Of a DNA stretch of 20,000 nucleotides, positions 8,732 to 16,442 are shown in pieces; within the stretch, counting starts at the first letter, position 1, and each line of letters opens with the position of its first letter. The stretch comes from an uncultured virus (IMG/VR IMGVR_UViG_3300034062_003972) (taxonomy: Duplodnaviria; Heunggongvirae; Uroviricota; Caudoviricetes): IMG/VR virus record IMGVR_UViG_3300034062_003972; one strand, given 5' to 3'. Below the pieces are notes generated by a model. That model saw only the letters and a list, made by a program, of their open reading frames with translations. It was not told the origin of the DNA and did not search any database. The position numbers and the translations under genes were made by a program.

Positions 8732-9220
8732 TCAGGTTCCCATGACGTAGATTTCGTAAGACTGTCCGCTTGTGCCGCCGATGCGGAGGATGCTGCCGCC
8801 GACCGTCGTGCCGAATCCGTCGGAGTTCGGGCAGGAAAGCATCATTGAGCCACCCTCGCGGATCGGGTAGCCGCGCAGCGTTAGGCTCCCCAAGTTGATC
8901 ATCGGCGAGAAGTTCCACGACGTGACGTCCTGCCGGAAGATGCTGAAGGCCGAGCCCGTCCAACCCGCCGACAGCGCGATCTGGTTGGTCGTCGAGAGGT
9001 TCTTGATGCACAAGACCTTGACGACTCCGAGGCCGATGGTCGAGAAGTCCACCTCGTCGAAGCCCGCAACCCCGAACGTGCGGCGGTCGCTCCAGACCTT
9101 TGTGCAGTCCCCGGCGTCGACCGTGAACGTGAACGGGTGCTGGTCGATGGCCGTCGTCAGGCCGCGTGTAGTCGACCGCCGCGCAGAGACGTTCCCCGTG
9201 ATCTGCGCAGTGACGGTCAT
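8732..9220 (-). CDS. Hypothetical beta-rich virion protein (162 aa)
   Basis: Start reassigned to the ATG at 9220, which forms an ATGA overlap with the connector stop; MTVTAQITG...WSDRRT...KNLST...GTSGQSYEIYVMGT. Confidence 0.8.
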   Translation of the reverse strand: MTVTAQITGNVSARRSTTRGLTTAIDQHPFTFTVDAGDCTKVWSDRRTFGVAGFDEVDFSTIGLGVVKVLCIKNLSTTNQIALSAGWTGSAFSIFRQDVTSWNFSPMINLGSLTLRGYPIREGGSMMLSCPNSDGFGTTVGGSILRIGGTSGQSYEIYVMGT

Positions 9221-9867
9221 CGGTATCCGCCCCAGCCGGAGGCCGCCAGGAGCGTCTCGAACGTCTGCGGCACCGGCAAAACCTGCGAGTAGCCGGCGAC
9301 GACCGGCTGGCGATGTTCGTAGAGGTGAGCCGTCTGAAGCAGGATCAGTTGCCTGATCACGGGCGGCACGTTCGCGCCGCTGGCCCCGTAGCCTGCCGTC
9401 CACCGCACAGTGACGCTGTTCTCGTCGCCGCGAACCGCCGGCCAGACGCCGTTGTAGAGTGGGTAGATGCGGCCGGGGGTCGCATAGTTGTCGACCTGGA
9501 ACTGGTTCGCCGCGGACGTGATCGTCCGCTCGACGCCCGCCTCATCTCGATAGATGACCGTGACGTTCGCCGCTGCCATCGGCGGCCTGGGCAGGATGAT
9601 CTCCCAGAGCGGGAACGTGTCGTAGCGGGCCTCCAGCACTTGCGTGATGAGGGCGACGTCAAGAATCTGCTCGACGTACTCCCTGGACATCGTGATGTAC
9701 GACTGAATCAGAGAGTCGTCGTCGGTGATGTCGACCTTGGCCTGGGCCTTGGCCTCGGCCAGTGTGACCGGCTCGACGGCCGGGGCCGTGTGGAGCCGCA
9801 GGCTCCGGTACGGCGTGATGCCGCTCGACGGATACTCCGGCATTCCGTAGCGGATGGTGACGGTCAC
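9217..9867 (-). CDS. Head-tail connector (gp6/gp15-like, long phiE125 gp8 type, 216 aa)
   Basis: Motifs 'EPVTLAEAKAQAKVD..DDDSLI', 'ALITQ', 'AGYG', 'VPPVIRQLILLQTAHLYEHR'. Confidence 0.9.
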   Translation of the reverse strand: MTVTIRYGMPEYPSSGITPYRSLRLHTAPAVEPVTLAEAKAQAKVDITDDDSLIQSYITMSREYVEQILDVALITQVLEARYDTFPLWEIILPRPPMAAANVTVIYRDEAGVERTITSAANQFQVDNYATPGRIYPLYNGVWPAVRGDENSVTVRWTAGYGASGANVPPVIRQLILLQTAHLYEHRQPVVAGYSQVLPVPQTFETLLAASGWGGYR

Positions 9868-10106
9868 TTGGGCTTCCTCCGGCCGCCGGTGGTGGTGCGT
9901 TCGACTTTGGGTTCGACCATCTGCTCTTCAATTACTTCGGGCTCGCTTCGCTTCGCGTCCATCTGCTCGATGTCTCGGCCTTCGGCAGAGACATCGACCG
10001 GCTCCACCATCCCCCTTCCGACGTAAATGCGGGCCATGCCGTCGGCCCAGTCGAACTCCTGGCCGATGCGATAGCCCGAAAACGCCTTCGTGATTCTGAC
10101 CCTCAT
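9864..10106 (-). CDS. Small head-module protein (80 aa) with an L9-N-like beta/alpha N-terminus and charged tail
   Basis: ATGA overlap with the glycosyltransferase stop and GTGA overlap downstream; MRVRITKAFSGYRIGQEFDWADGMARIYVGRGMVEPV. Confidence 0.75.
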   Translation of the reverse strand: MRVRITKAFSGYRIGQEFDWADGMARIYVGRGMVEPVDVSAEGRDIEQMDAKRSEPEVIEEQMVEPKVERTTTGGRRKPK

Positions 10107-10819
10107 GCCACAAACCCCCACACGTCCTTCGGCGGCGTGTCCTTGTTGTTCCAGAAATCAGTCGTGTGCTGATGCACCTTGCCGCCCTCGACCGTCCGAG
10201 AGGGCCAGGTGACCATCAGTTCGGCGTGGCCGACGCTGACGTGCGTCGCCATGCCAAGCGTGTTGCCGGCCGCCTCCCAGGCGTGCCAGAAGGCGATGTC
10301 CTCGTCGACCTCGCTGCCGTCCTCTTCGACCTTGCGGATGAACCACGGCTTCTTGAGTTTCTTGAGGGCCGAAGTGCGCAGGAACGTGGCCCCGAAGTGG
10401 GCCGTTCGCACGAGTTGCACGGGCTTCTCGAACCACTCATTGCCGACGTCCAACTTCTCCTCGGGCTTGTAGCCGAGCGGGCTGAACATGACGGCATTCG
10501 CCTCCCGCTTGCTCTGGAGCGGGGCGATGGCATCGACGCCGGAGTGCATCATCAAGGCCAGAAGAGCCTCGACGGTCTTGGCCGTGAAGACGGTGTCGTA
10601 GTCGAACGTCAGGATGACGTCGTGGGTGTCGATGACCTGTTCCATTGCCTTGGACAGGCAGACACCCCAGAAGGCACCCGTGACCTTGATCGGACTGATC
10701 CGGTGAGGCGCAAGAGCCTGGGAGACGCAGAAGAGGTTGTCGGTGAAGCCAAGTCGCGGGGTGCTCATCACCGCCGCGACTTTGACTTCCGCCTCGACGT
10801 TTCCGATCCGCAACAGCAT
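10103..10819 (-). CDS. Putative GT-A fold (GT2-like) glycosyltransferase (238 aa)
   Basis: ATG at 10819 after AAGGAG. Hydrophobic strand followed by DxD (VILTFDYD), then 'HFGATFL', 'KPWF', acidic 'DEDIAF' and 'VGH'. Confidence 0.78.
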   Translation of the reverse strand: MLLRIGNVEAEVKVAAVMSTPRLGFTDNLFCVSQALAPHRISPIKVTGAFWGVCLSKAMEQVIDTHDVILTFDYDTVFTAKTVEALLALMMHSGVDAIAPLQSKREANAVMFSPLGYKPEEKLDVGNEWFEKPVQLVRTAHFGATFLRTSALKKLKKPWFIRKVEEDGSEVDEDIAFWHAWEAAGNTLGMATHVSVGHAELMVTWPSRTVEGGKVHQHTTDFWNNKDTPPKDVWGFVA

Positions 10820-10901
10820 CGTTCGCTCCTTTGAGAGGAGCGGGCGCGCCTCCATGCGCCTTTGCCGGCCTAGTCCAGTGGCCGTCCCGCTTTGACGGGA
10901 A

Positions 10902-11348
10902 TCAGCCCTTGACCCAAGCCAGCGCACCAGCCTCGGTCGCCGTCGCCGGCGAAACCTCGGCCCGCGACAGACGCCCGGTGATCGCCACGGTGGCCGACAC
11001 GCCGGGCGTGTAGGACACCTTGAGGTAGCGCTTCCGAGCCTTCGTGTCGACGTCCATCTTCACGACGGAGGTCAGGGCCGTGCCAGCCACCGAGATGGCC
11101 GGGACGGTGAAACCGCCCGTGCCACCCATGACCAGGGCGGTCACGTTCGAGTAGTCGGTGCTGAGAGCGTCCGACTCCTCGACCTTGAGGACGTTCGCGA
11201 ACGTCGTCGCGGCGTTCGAGGCACGCATCACCGTGAGGCTGGCGTGATCGTAGCCGAGCGTGTCGATGGTCAGCGTAGCGGTGGCGGTCGCACCAATGGC
11301 GGCAGCCTCGACGGAGCCAACAACCTTGTCGTTCTGAGCGTGGATCAT
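10902..11348 (-). CDS. Putative capsid decoration/cement protein (148 aa)
   Basis: Directly after the major capsid gene, RBS CAGGAG, beta-rich with 'IDTLGYD', 'VEESD' and 'KRYLKV' motifs typical of small post-capsid jelly-roll proteins. Confidence 0.65.
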   Translation of the reverse strand: MIHAQNDKVVGSVEAAAIGATATATLTIDTLGYDHASLTVMRASNAATTFANVLKVEESDALSTDYSNVTALVMGGTGGFTVPAISVAGTALTSVVKMDVDTKARKRYLKVSYTPGVSATVAITGRLSRAEVSPATATEAGALAWVKG

Positions 11349-11375
11349 CTTCTGGCTATCTCCTGGTTAGGTTGT

Positions 11376-12734
11376 TCAAGAAGCCGCCGTCCGCAGAGCC
11401 ACCACAGGGCCGACCTCGCTGGTCGAGCCAAGGCTGTGATGGTTCACGTCGAACCGCATCGTCCCCTGGAGGAGGAGTTGGTCCGTCGTGGCGTAGACCT
11501 GATCGTAGAGCCGGACGCTGAAGTCCCGACGCCGGGCGTAGATGCTGGACAGCGAGAGGTTGCCGAACAGCACCTTGACCTTCGACACGTCCGAGCCGAG
11601 GGTGCTGTTGAGCACATGCACGAGCCGCACGGGGTATCCGAGCCAGGTGTCGGTCACGCCGGTGCCGAGGTCCGCTCCGGTGTTGCCGCCGGCGGCGTAC
11701 TTCAGGCGGGAGATGCTCGCCGCGTAGCCGGCCGGGCTCACATACCAGGCCGCACCATTGCGGGCGTAGATCGGCAACTTGCCCATCGCACCGAGGAAGT
11801 CCTCGATGTCGAGCGTCTCGAAGGAGACGTTGCCAGAGGCAGCCGTCACCACCGACGCCGAGTGATCGCCGTTGACGATCTTCGACGCGATGCCGCGGAT
11901 GCCGCCGAAGTCACCCTGCGTCCCGTCGCCGAGCCAGCCACAGAGGTCGATCTTGTAGGCCAGGCTGGTCGCGAACTCCGTCGCGACAGCGTCGGCCAGA
12001 CCGACCACGCCCGCCGAATCCTCGACCACCTCGGTCGACATCCGGCAGCCAACCGCCAACTTCTTGGCGACGAGCGACACGTTGCCGTAGGTCGGCTCGC
12101 TCTCGGTGACGGCCGAGCCCTCGCCCACGAAGTAGGCCGTGGTGCCGGAGAGCCGCTTCGGGATCACCATCGTGTCCCGCGTCATCGTGACGTTCTCGCA
12201 GGCCGGGGGCAGGGTGCCGAAGGTTTCGACCAGCCGGATCACCCGGTTGGCGAACTCCTCGGGGACCAGCGCGCCGCCGGTGCTGTTGGCGTTCTCGCCC
12301 AGAGCCCGGTTCTCGACGCCGTGATCCTTGCACCACCGCAGGTCGTCGGCATTCTTGAAGATGTGCGCCCGCAGCCAGCGGCCGCAGCGATAGGCACTCT
12401 CCACCGAGTCGGGGCCATCGTTGAACGCGGCCAACTGGGTGTGATGGGGGAGGATCGACCGAATCTCGGTCTTCTTCGCGTCCTCGGTGGCCTTCTCGAC
12501 CACCGGAGCCGGAGCCGGCTGGGCCTTCTCGACGACGCTGCGGAGTTCGGCCTCCTTGGCAGCGATCCGCTCCTCGAACTCCAGCGAGGTCTTCAGGTCG
12601 TCGGCCTGGTTGCCGAGCGAGATGAGTTCCTTGGTCTGATCCGCACTCCGCTCCTCGATCGAGCCGAGTTCGGTCATCCGCGCGGCAACGGCCGCGGCAC
12701 GCTCCTGAAGACGCTTGAGATTCGACGACGCCAT
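11376..12734 (-). CDS. Major capsid protein, HK97 fold with N-terminal coiled-coil delta domain (452 aa)
   Basis: ATG at 12734 after CAGGAG. Motifs 'GGALVPEEF', 'FVGEG', 'VEDS', 'GDGT', 'LGYPV', 'LFGNLS', 'RFD'. Confidence 0.96.
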   Translation of the reverse strand: MASSNLKRLQERAAAVAARMTELGSIEERSADQTKELISLGNQADDLKTSLEFEERIAAKEAELRSVVEKAQPAPAPVVEKATEDAKKTEIRSILPHHTQLAAFNDGPDSVESAYRCGRWLRAHIFKNADDLRWCKDHGVENRALGENANSTGGALVPEEFANRVIRLVETFGTLPPACENVTMTRDTMVIPKRLSGTTAYFVGEGSAVTESEPTYGNVSLVAKKLAVGCRMSTEVVEDSAGVVGLADAVATEFATSLAYKIDLCGWLGDGTQGDFGGIRGIASKIVNGDHSASVVTAASGNVSFETLDIEDFLGAMGKLPIYARNGAAWYVSPAGYAASISRLKYAAGGNTGADLGTGVTDTWLGYPVRLVHVLNSTLGSDVSKVKVLFGNLSLSSIYARRRDFSVRLYDQVYATTDQLLLQGTMRFDVNHHSLGSTSEVGPVVALRTAAS

Positions 12735-12896
12735 TTTGGCCTGACTCCTGGTTGAGCCGGCCAAACGCAAAAGCGGCGGCCGGCGGGTGATTCCCGCAAG
12801 CGCGCCGCGTCGTGAATCCTCACGCCACTCGCACTGCTCACCACGGCATCCGCCGCGGTGCGTAGTCCATACTTGTAGCCTATGCTGTCGGCTACA
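12735..12896 (-). promoter_or_regulatory. Structured intergenic leader of the major capsid gene with several hairpins, some with GGA loops
   Basis: Stems at 12874-12896, 12839-12860 (loop GGAU), 12811-12824 (loop GGAU), 12783-12797 and 12756-12784. Confidence 0.55.
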
Positions 12897-14787
12897 TACT
12901 CTGCAAACGAGTCCGGAGCACGGCTGCCTTCAACTCCGCCGCCTTGACCGCAGCCGCGGCAATGGCGACGTCTTCAGCCGACGGCGCGGGGACCGAATTG
13001 CTCTCGGCCACGACGACCGGCTCCGCAGCGGGCGGAGCGTCCGTTTCGGCGACCGCCGTATCCCTCGACTCCTGCTCACTCATCGTGACCTCCGGAATGA
13101 CGTGCATCTGGCACAGCGCTTCGGGCGAAATGCTTCCTGCAACGATTTCGCACGCCCCGCCACCTTCATAGAAGATGCAGTTCGCGCACCTCATTCCTTG
13201 AGCGATCCACGGGCTTTCGGCCATGTAGTGGACATCAGTTGGCAAAAACTGCCCATAGATGTCGACCGCGTCCTCAAGCACCCTGGCAATGACTTTCTTG
13301 TGCGGCGAGAGGCCGCCCTCGGGCTCCGCGCGGTTCTCTTGCGCGTCCATCTGGGCCACCTTGGCCGCAGCCCACCGCTGGCCGGCGTTTCCAGCCCACA
13401 GGAGCCACGCCACGAACCCCGGCTTCTCATCGCCCGGCGTGTCCCAACCCGGCGACTTGCTCGCCTTCTCGTGCCTGGCGAACCAGGCATTCATCTCGCG
13501 GACGTGATCCTCGGTGAGCGTCTCGCGGGCGGCGATCTTGTTCGCTCTGGCAACCGTCTCTGGCTTGAGGCCGTCGCCTGACTTGCCCTCCTCGTGGAGT
13601 TTGAGGCCGCGCCGGGCCGCCGAGGCCATGCCAGCGGTGGGGCGGAGGTTGACGTCGGCACGCTGCTCGTCGGCCTGGCCTGCCGGCTCGTCGACCTTGG
13701 TCAGCGACGACATCTTCTTCGCCACCATGTGGTCTTCCGGCTCGCCGTCGTCATACGGCGTCAGCACCACCAGGGGGTCTTCCTCGGTGGCGGCCATGCC
13801 TTGCACCGAGCCGTTCGGCATGACGTGCTCGACGCGGCCGACGCCGTCACCCCAGGAGGCGTAGTCGCCTTCCTTGAGAGAGCCGGGGGCTTCCCTGGCG
13901 ACGGTGTCGCTGGTTGTTACGGAGCGTACCTCCGCTGGCTCTGCCGCGGAGGCACGCCGCTTCAAAACCCACTTCGCCCCAGCCTCTCCTCCAGCCAGTT
14001 TCCACTCGACCCAGGCCGGCGAGCCGACCCAATCCTCGGCACGGGCCTCCAAGCACCGATCATGGACGTTCGCCAGGTACTCGACCTCCTCGACGGAGAC
14101 GATTTCACGGGCCACGAGGTGCTCGGCGATGCCCACCAGCACTTGATCGACGTCGTCGCGGCCCCGGCAGGCGTTCAAGCCTTTGCGGGCAGCGTTCGCC
14201 ATCGTCTGATTCGGCCGGTAGGCGTCGCCGAGGGCCATTTCGATGGCTCGGCGGCTGACGATCACGCTCGAAGCCTCGAAGGCGGGCCGCACGACCGGGC
14301 CGACGTCCTCCAACTTGCCGATGGAGCGGACTTCGCGCCTCCGCAGGCCGCTTTTCGTCATGCTCCACGAATCGCCGCGCTGATGTCCATCATTTTTGAT
14401 AGCGAACGCAAACGAACTGCCGGTCACATAGCCCCCGGCGACCAGTTCGACGACCTCTTCGGCCGTCTGGGTCTTCGGCAGCGGCCCCATTTCGTAGCGC
14501 AGGCCGTAGGAATCGGGCCGCAACTTGAGCGTGTTGTTCGCAGACCGGGCCAGCAACTTGTCTTTGGAGTGGTTGTAGACGCCGATGACGTCCGGATTCG
14601 TCGCCAGCACTTCGTCGAAGGCATTCGGGTGAATGACCTCCACGAAACCGCCCAGATTTCTCGACTCCGAGTTGAAAACGGCGGCGTAGCCGACGATCAC
14701 TGGCCTCTTTTCGCCGTTGCCGACGTCGCGGTACTCGATCGACGTGTCCGAAACGGTCAGACGACGCTCAATTTCAGTGTCAGCCAT
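12892..14787 (-). CDS. HK97-family prohead protease with a long multi-domain C-terminal extension (~631 aa)
   Basis: N-terminal ~185 aa: 'GYAAVFNSES', 'FVEVI.P.AF', 'YNH', 'GSSFAF', 'LEDVGPVVRPAF'; lies between portal and capsid genes. Confidence 0.92.
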   Translation of the reverse strand: MADTEIERRLTVSDTSIEYRDVGNGEKRPVIVGYAAVFNSESRNLGGFVEVIHPNAFDEVLATNPDVIGVYNHSKDKLLARSANNTLKLRPDSYGLRYEMGPLPKTQTAEEVVELVAGGYVTGSSFAFAIKNDGHQRGDSWSMTKSGLRRREVRSIGKLEDVGPVVRPAFEASSVIVSRRAIEMALGDAYRPNQTMANAARKGLNACRGRDDVDQVLVGIAEHLVAREIVSVEEVEYLANVHDRCLEARAEDWVGSPAWVEWKLAGGEAGAKWVLKRRASAAEPAEVRSVTTSDTVAREAPGSLKEGDYASWGDGVGRVEHVMPNGSVQGMAATEEDPLVVLTPYDDGEPEDHMVAKKMSSLTKVDEPAGQADEQRADVNLRPTAGMASAARRGLKLHEEGKSGDGLKPETVARANKIAARETLTEDHVREMNAWFARHEKASKSPGWDTPGDEKPGFVAWLLWAGNAGQRWAAAKVAQMDAQENRAEPEGGLSPHKKVIARVLEDAVDIYGQFLPTDVHYMAESPWIAQGMRCANCIFYEGGGACEIVAGSISPEALCQMHVIPEVTMSEQESRDTAVAETDAPPAAEPVVVAESNSVPAPSAEDVAIAAAAVKAAELKAAVLRTRLQSM

Positions 14788-16441
14788 CACTCACCTCGTC
14801 GAAATGCCGCTCGAACCAGCCCTCGGTGACCGATTCGTACTTGTTTCCGCTCCGATGACAGCCGAGAAGCAGGTCTTTGGAGCGATTCACCCACGAAGCC
14901 ACGAACGAATCAACGTCTCGACCAGCCGCTGATGCTGCGTCGCGGAGTTCAATCCGCATCTTTTCCTCGACTTGGCCGAACCATTGCGTGATTTTCTCCG
15001 GCTTCGACCGCCGTTCGAGGATTCCGTCGGCTTCGATGTCGGCGATTCGCCGGAGCGTCGTGCGGAACAGGGCTTCGGCAGCGTCGAGCGAGCGGGATTC
15101 TTGCTGCGCGGCCGGCTCTGTGGCCGCCTGCTGCGGCCTGTTTTGCTCTGGCGCGGACGCAGGATCGGCGTTTTCCTGGCCGGACGTTTGGCCGGTTTGC
15201 GCAGCCGTCGGATTCTCCGGCGTGAAGGCTCCGAGCAACTGCATATTGACCTGGATGAACCGCTTCTTGCCCTGGCCGTCGGGCAGCGGGTTGTAGCCGA
15301 TCGCCGCGCGGACTTCGTCGACATCCAGCACTCCCATGTTCGCCATCTCGCGGAGGAACTGCGAGCGAGCGGCGTAGTCGCCAGCCATCAGCGCGTTCGT
15401 GTCGAACTGCGTGAAGTAGTTCTTGTCGTCCACCACGAGGTCGCGACGGGCCGCCATCTCCCACCGTCGGCACCACGGGATCAGCGAGAACGTCACGAAG
15501 TCGATCGCCGACTGCTCGACGGTGCTGAAGCGGACGTTCGTCAGGTCGCCGATCAGGTGAGGCGGAACCCGATATGTCCTCGCGATGGATTCCAGAGCCC
15601 ACCTCTGGCTCTCAACAAGAGCAGCATCGCGATTGTTTACCGGCTCTGCCCGCTTCTTGAATCCGAAAGGCATGACCACCGTTTTGAAGTGGTTGCGGGG
15701 GCCGGCGTGGGCCGAATCCCACTGCTCGCGGAAGCGACGAAGCGTCTCCGGCTTCTGCGGCTGGTCGGTTTCGATGTACGTCCCGGTCGAGCAGCCGTTG
15801 CCAAAGAATGCCGAGGAGTGCAGTTCGCACGCCCGCGCCAAGGCGATGGCGTCCTTCGACAGGCTGGTTGGCACGAAACCCGTCACGCCGTCGTTCGAGA
15901 GCCACCGGAGGTGGAAAATCTCGTCCTGCCGGTACTCCTCTGGCTCCGGGGCCGGGTCGGCCAGCGTCGCGGGCCTGCGGTAGTAGTAGCGAAGTTTGCC
16001 GTTCTCCAGCCGCTTGGCCTCCATCCGCGAGGGGTGGAGCGGGATCAGTTCGCTCACCGCGCCGTGCTCGATCGAGCCCTTGATATGGGCGTAGGCGTTG
16101 CCCCACAAGAGAATCCACGACTGCATGAGTTCGCGGAACTCGAAACTCGTCATCCACGAGTTTGGCTGGTAGTGCAGGACTTCGTGGAGGTGCTTGTCGT
16201 CGGCGACCTCCTTGCCGCCGCCGGGGAGTTTGCGGCAGTAGTTCCAGGGGAGGCTGGCAATACTCTCTGCCAGTACCCTTACGCAGGCCAGGACGCCGGC
16301 ACTCTCCAGCGCCAACTCGGGCGAGACGTCCACGCCGGCCGTCGTTGACCGGCCCGCGATGATCTCCTCGAAGACCCTGGAGAGGCTCTGGCTGCGGAGT
16401 TCCATGACGCCGGCGTAGGACTCTTCTTCTGCTGTCGGCAT
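14780..16441 (-). CDS. Portal protein, HK97 family (553 aa)
   Basis: Motifs 'VLACVRVLAESIASLP', 'PNSWMTSFEF', 'LLWGNAY', 'LIPLHPSR', 'IARTYRVPPHLIG', 'EVRAAIGYNP'. Confidence 0.96.
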   Translation of the reverse strand: MPTAEEESYAGVMELRSQSLSRVFEEIIAGRSTTAGVDVSPELALESAGVLACVRVLAESIASLPWNYCRKLPGGGKEVADDKHLHEVLHYQPNSWMTSFEFRELMQSWILLWGNAYAHIKGSIEHGAVSELIPLHPSRMEAKRLENGKLRYYYRRPATLADPAPEPEEYRQDEIFHLRWLSNDGVTGFVPTSLSKDAIALARACELHSSAFFGNGCSTGTYIETDQPQKPETLRRFREQWDSAHAGPRNHFKTVVMPFGFKKRAEPVNNRDAALVESQRWALESIARTYRVPPHLIGDLTNVRFSTVEQSAIDFVTFSLIPWCRRWEMAARRDLVVDDKNYFTQFDTNALMAGDYAARSQFLREMANMGVLDVDEVRAAIGYNPLPDGQGKKRFIQVNMQLLGAFTPENPTAAQTGQTSGQENADPASAPEQNRPQQAATEPAAQQESRSLDAAEALFRTTLRRIADIEADGILERRSKPEKITQWFGQVEEKMRIELRDAASAAGRDVDSFVASWVNRSKDLLLGCHRSGNKYESVTEGWFERHFDEVSDG

Positions 16442-16442
16442 C

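Noticed and set aside
11244..16348. Long plus-strand ORFs (11244..12755, 13594..14829, 14972..16348)
   Set aside because: They are antisense shadows of the capsid, protease and portal genes, expected from high-GC codon bias, and show no recognisable motifs
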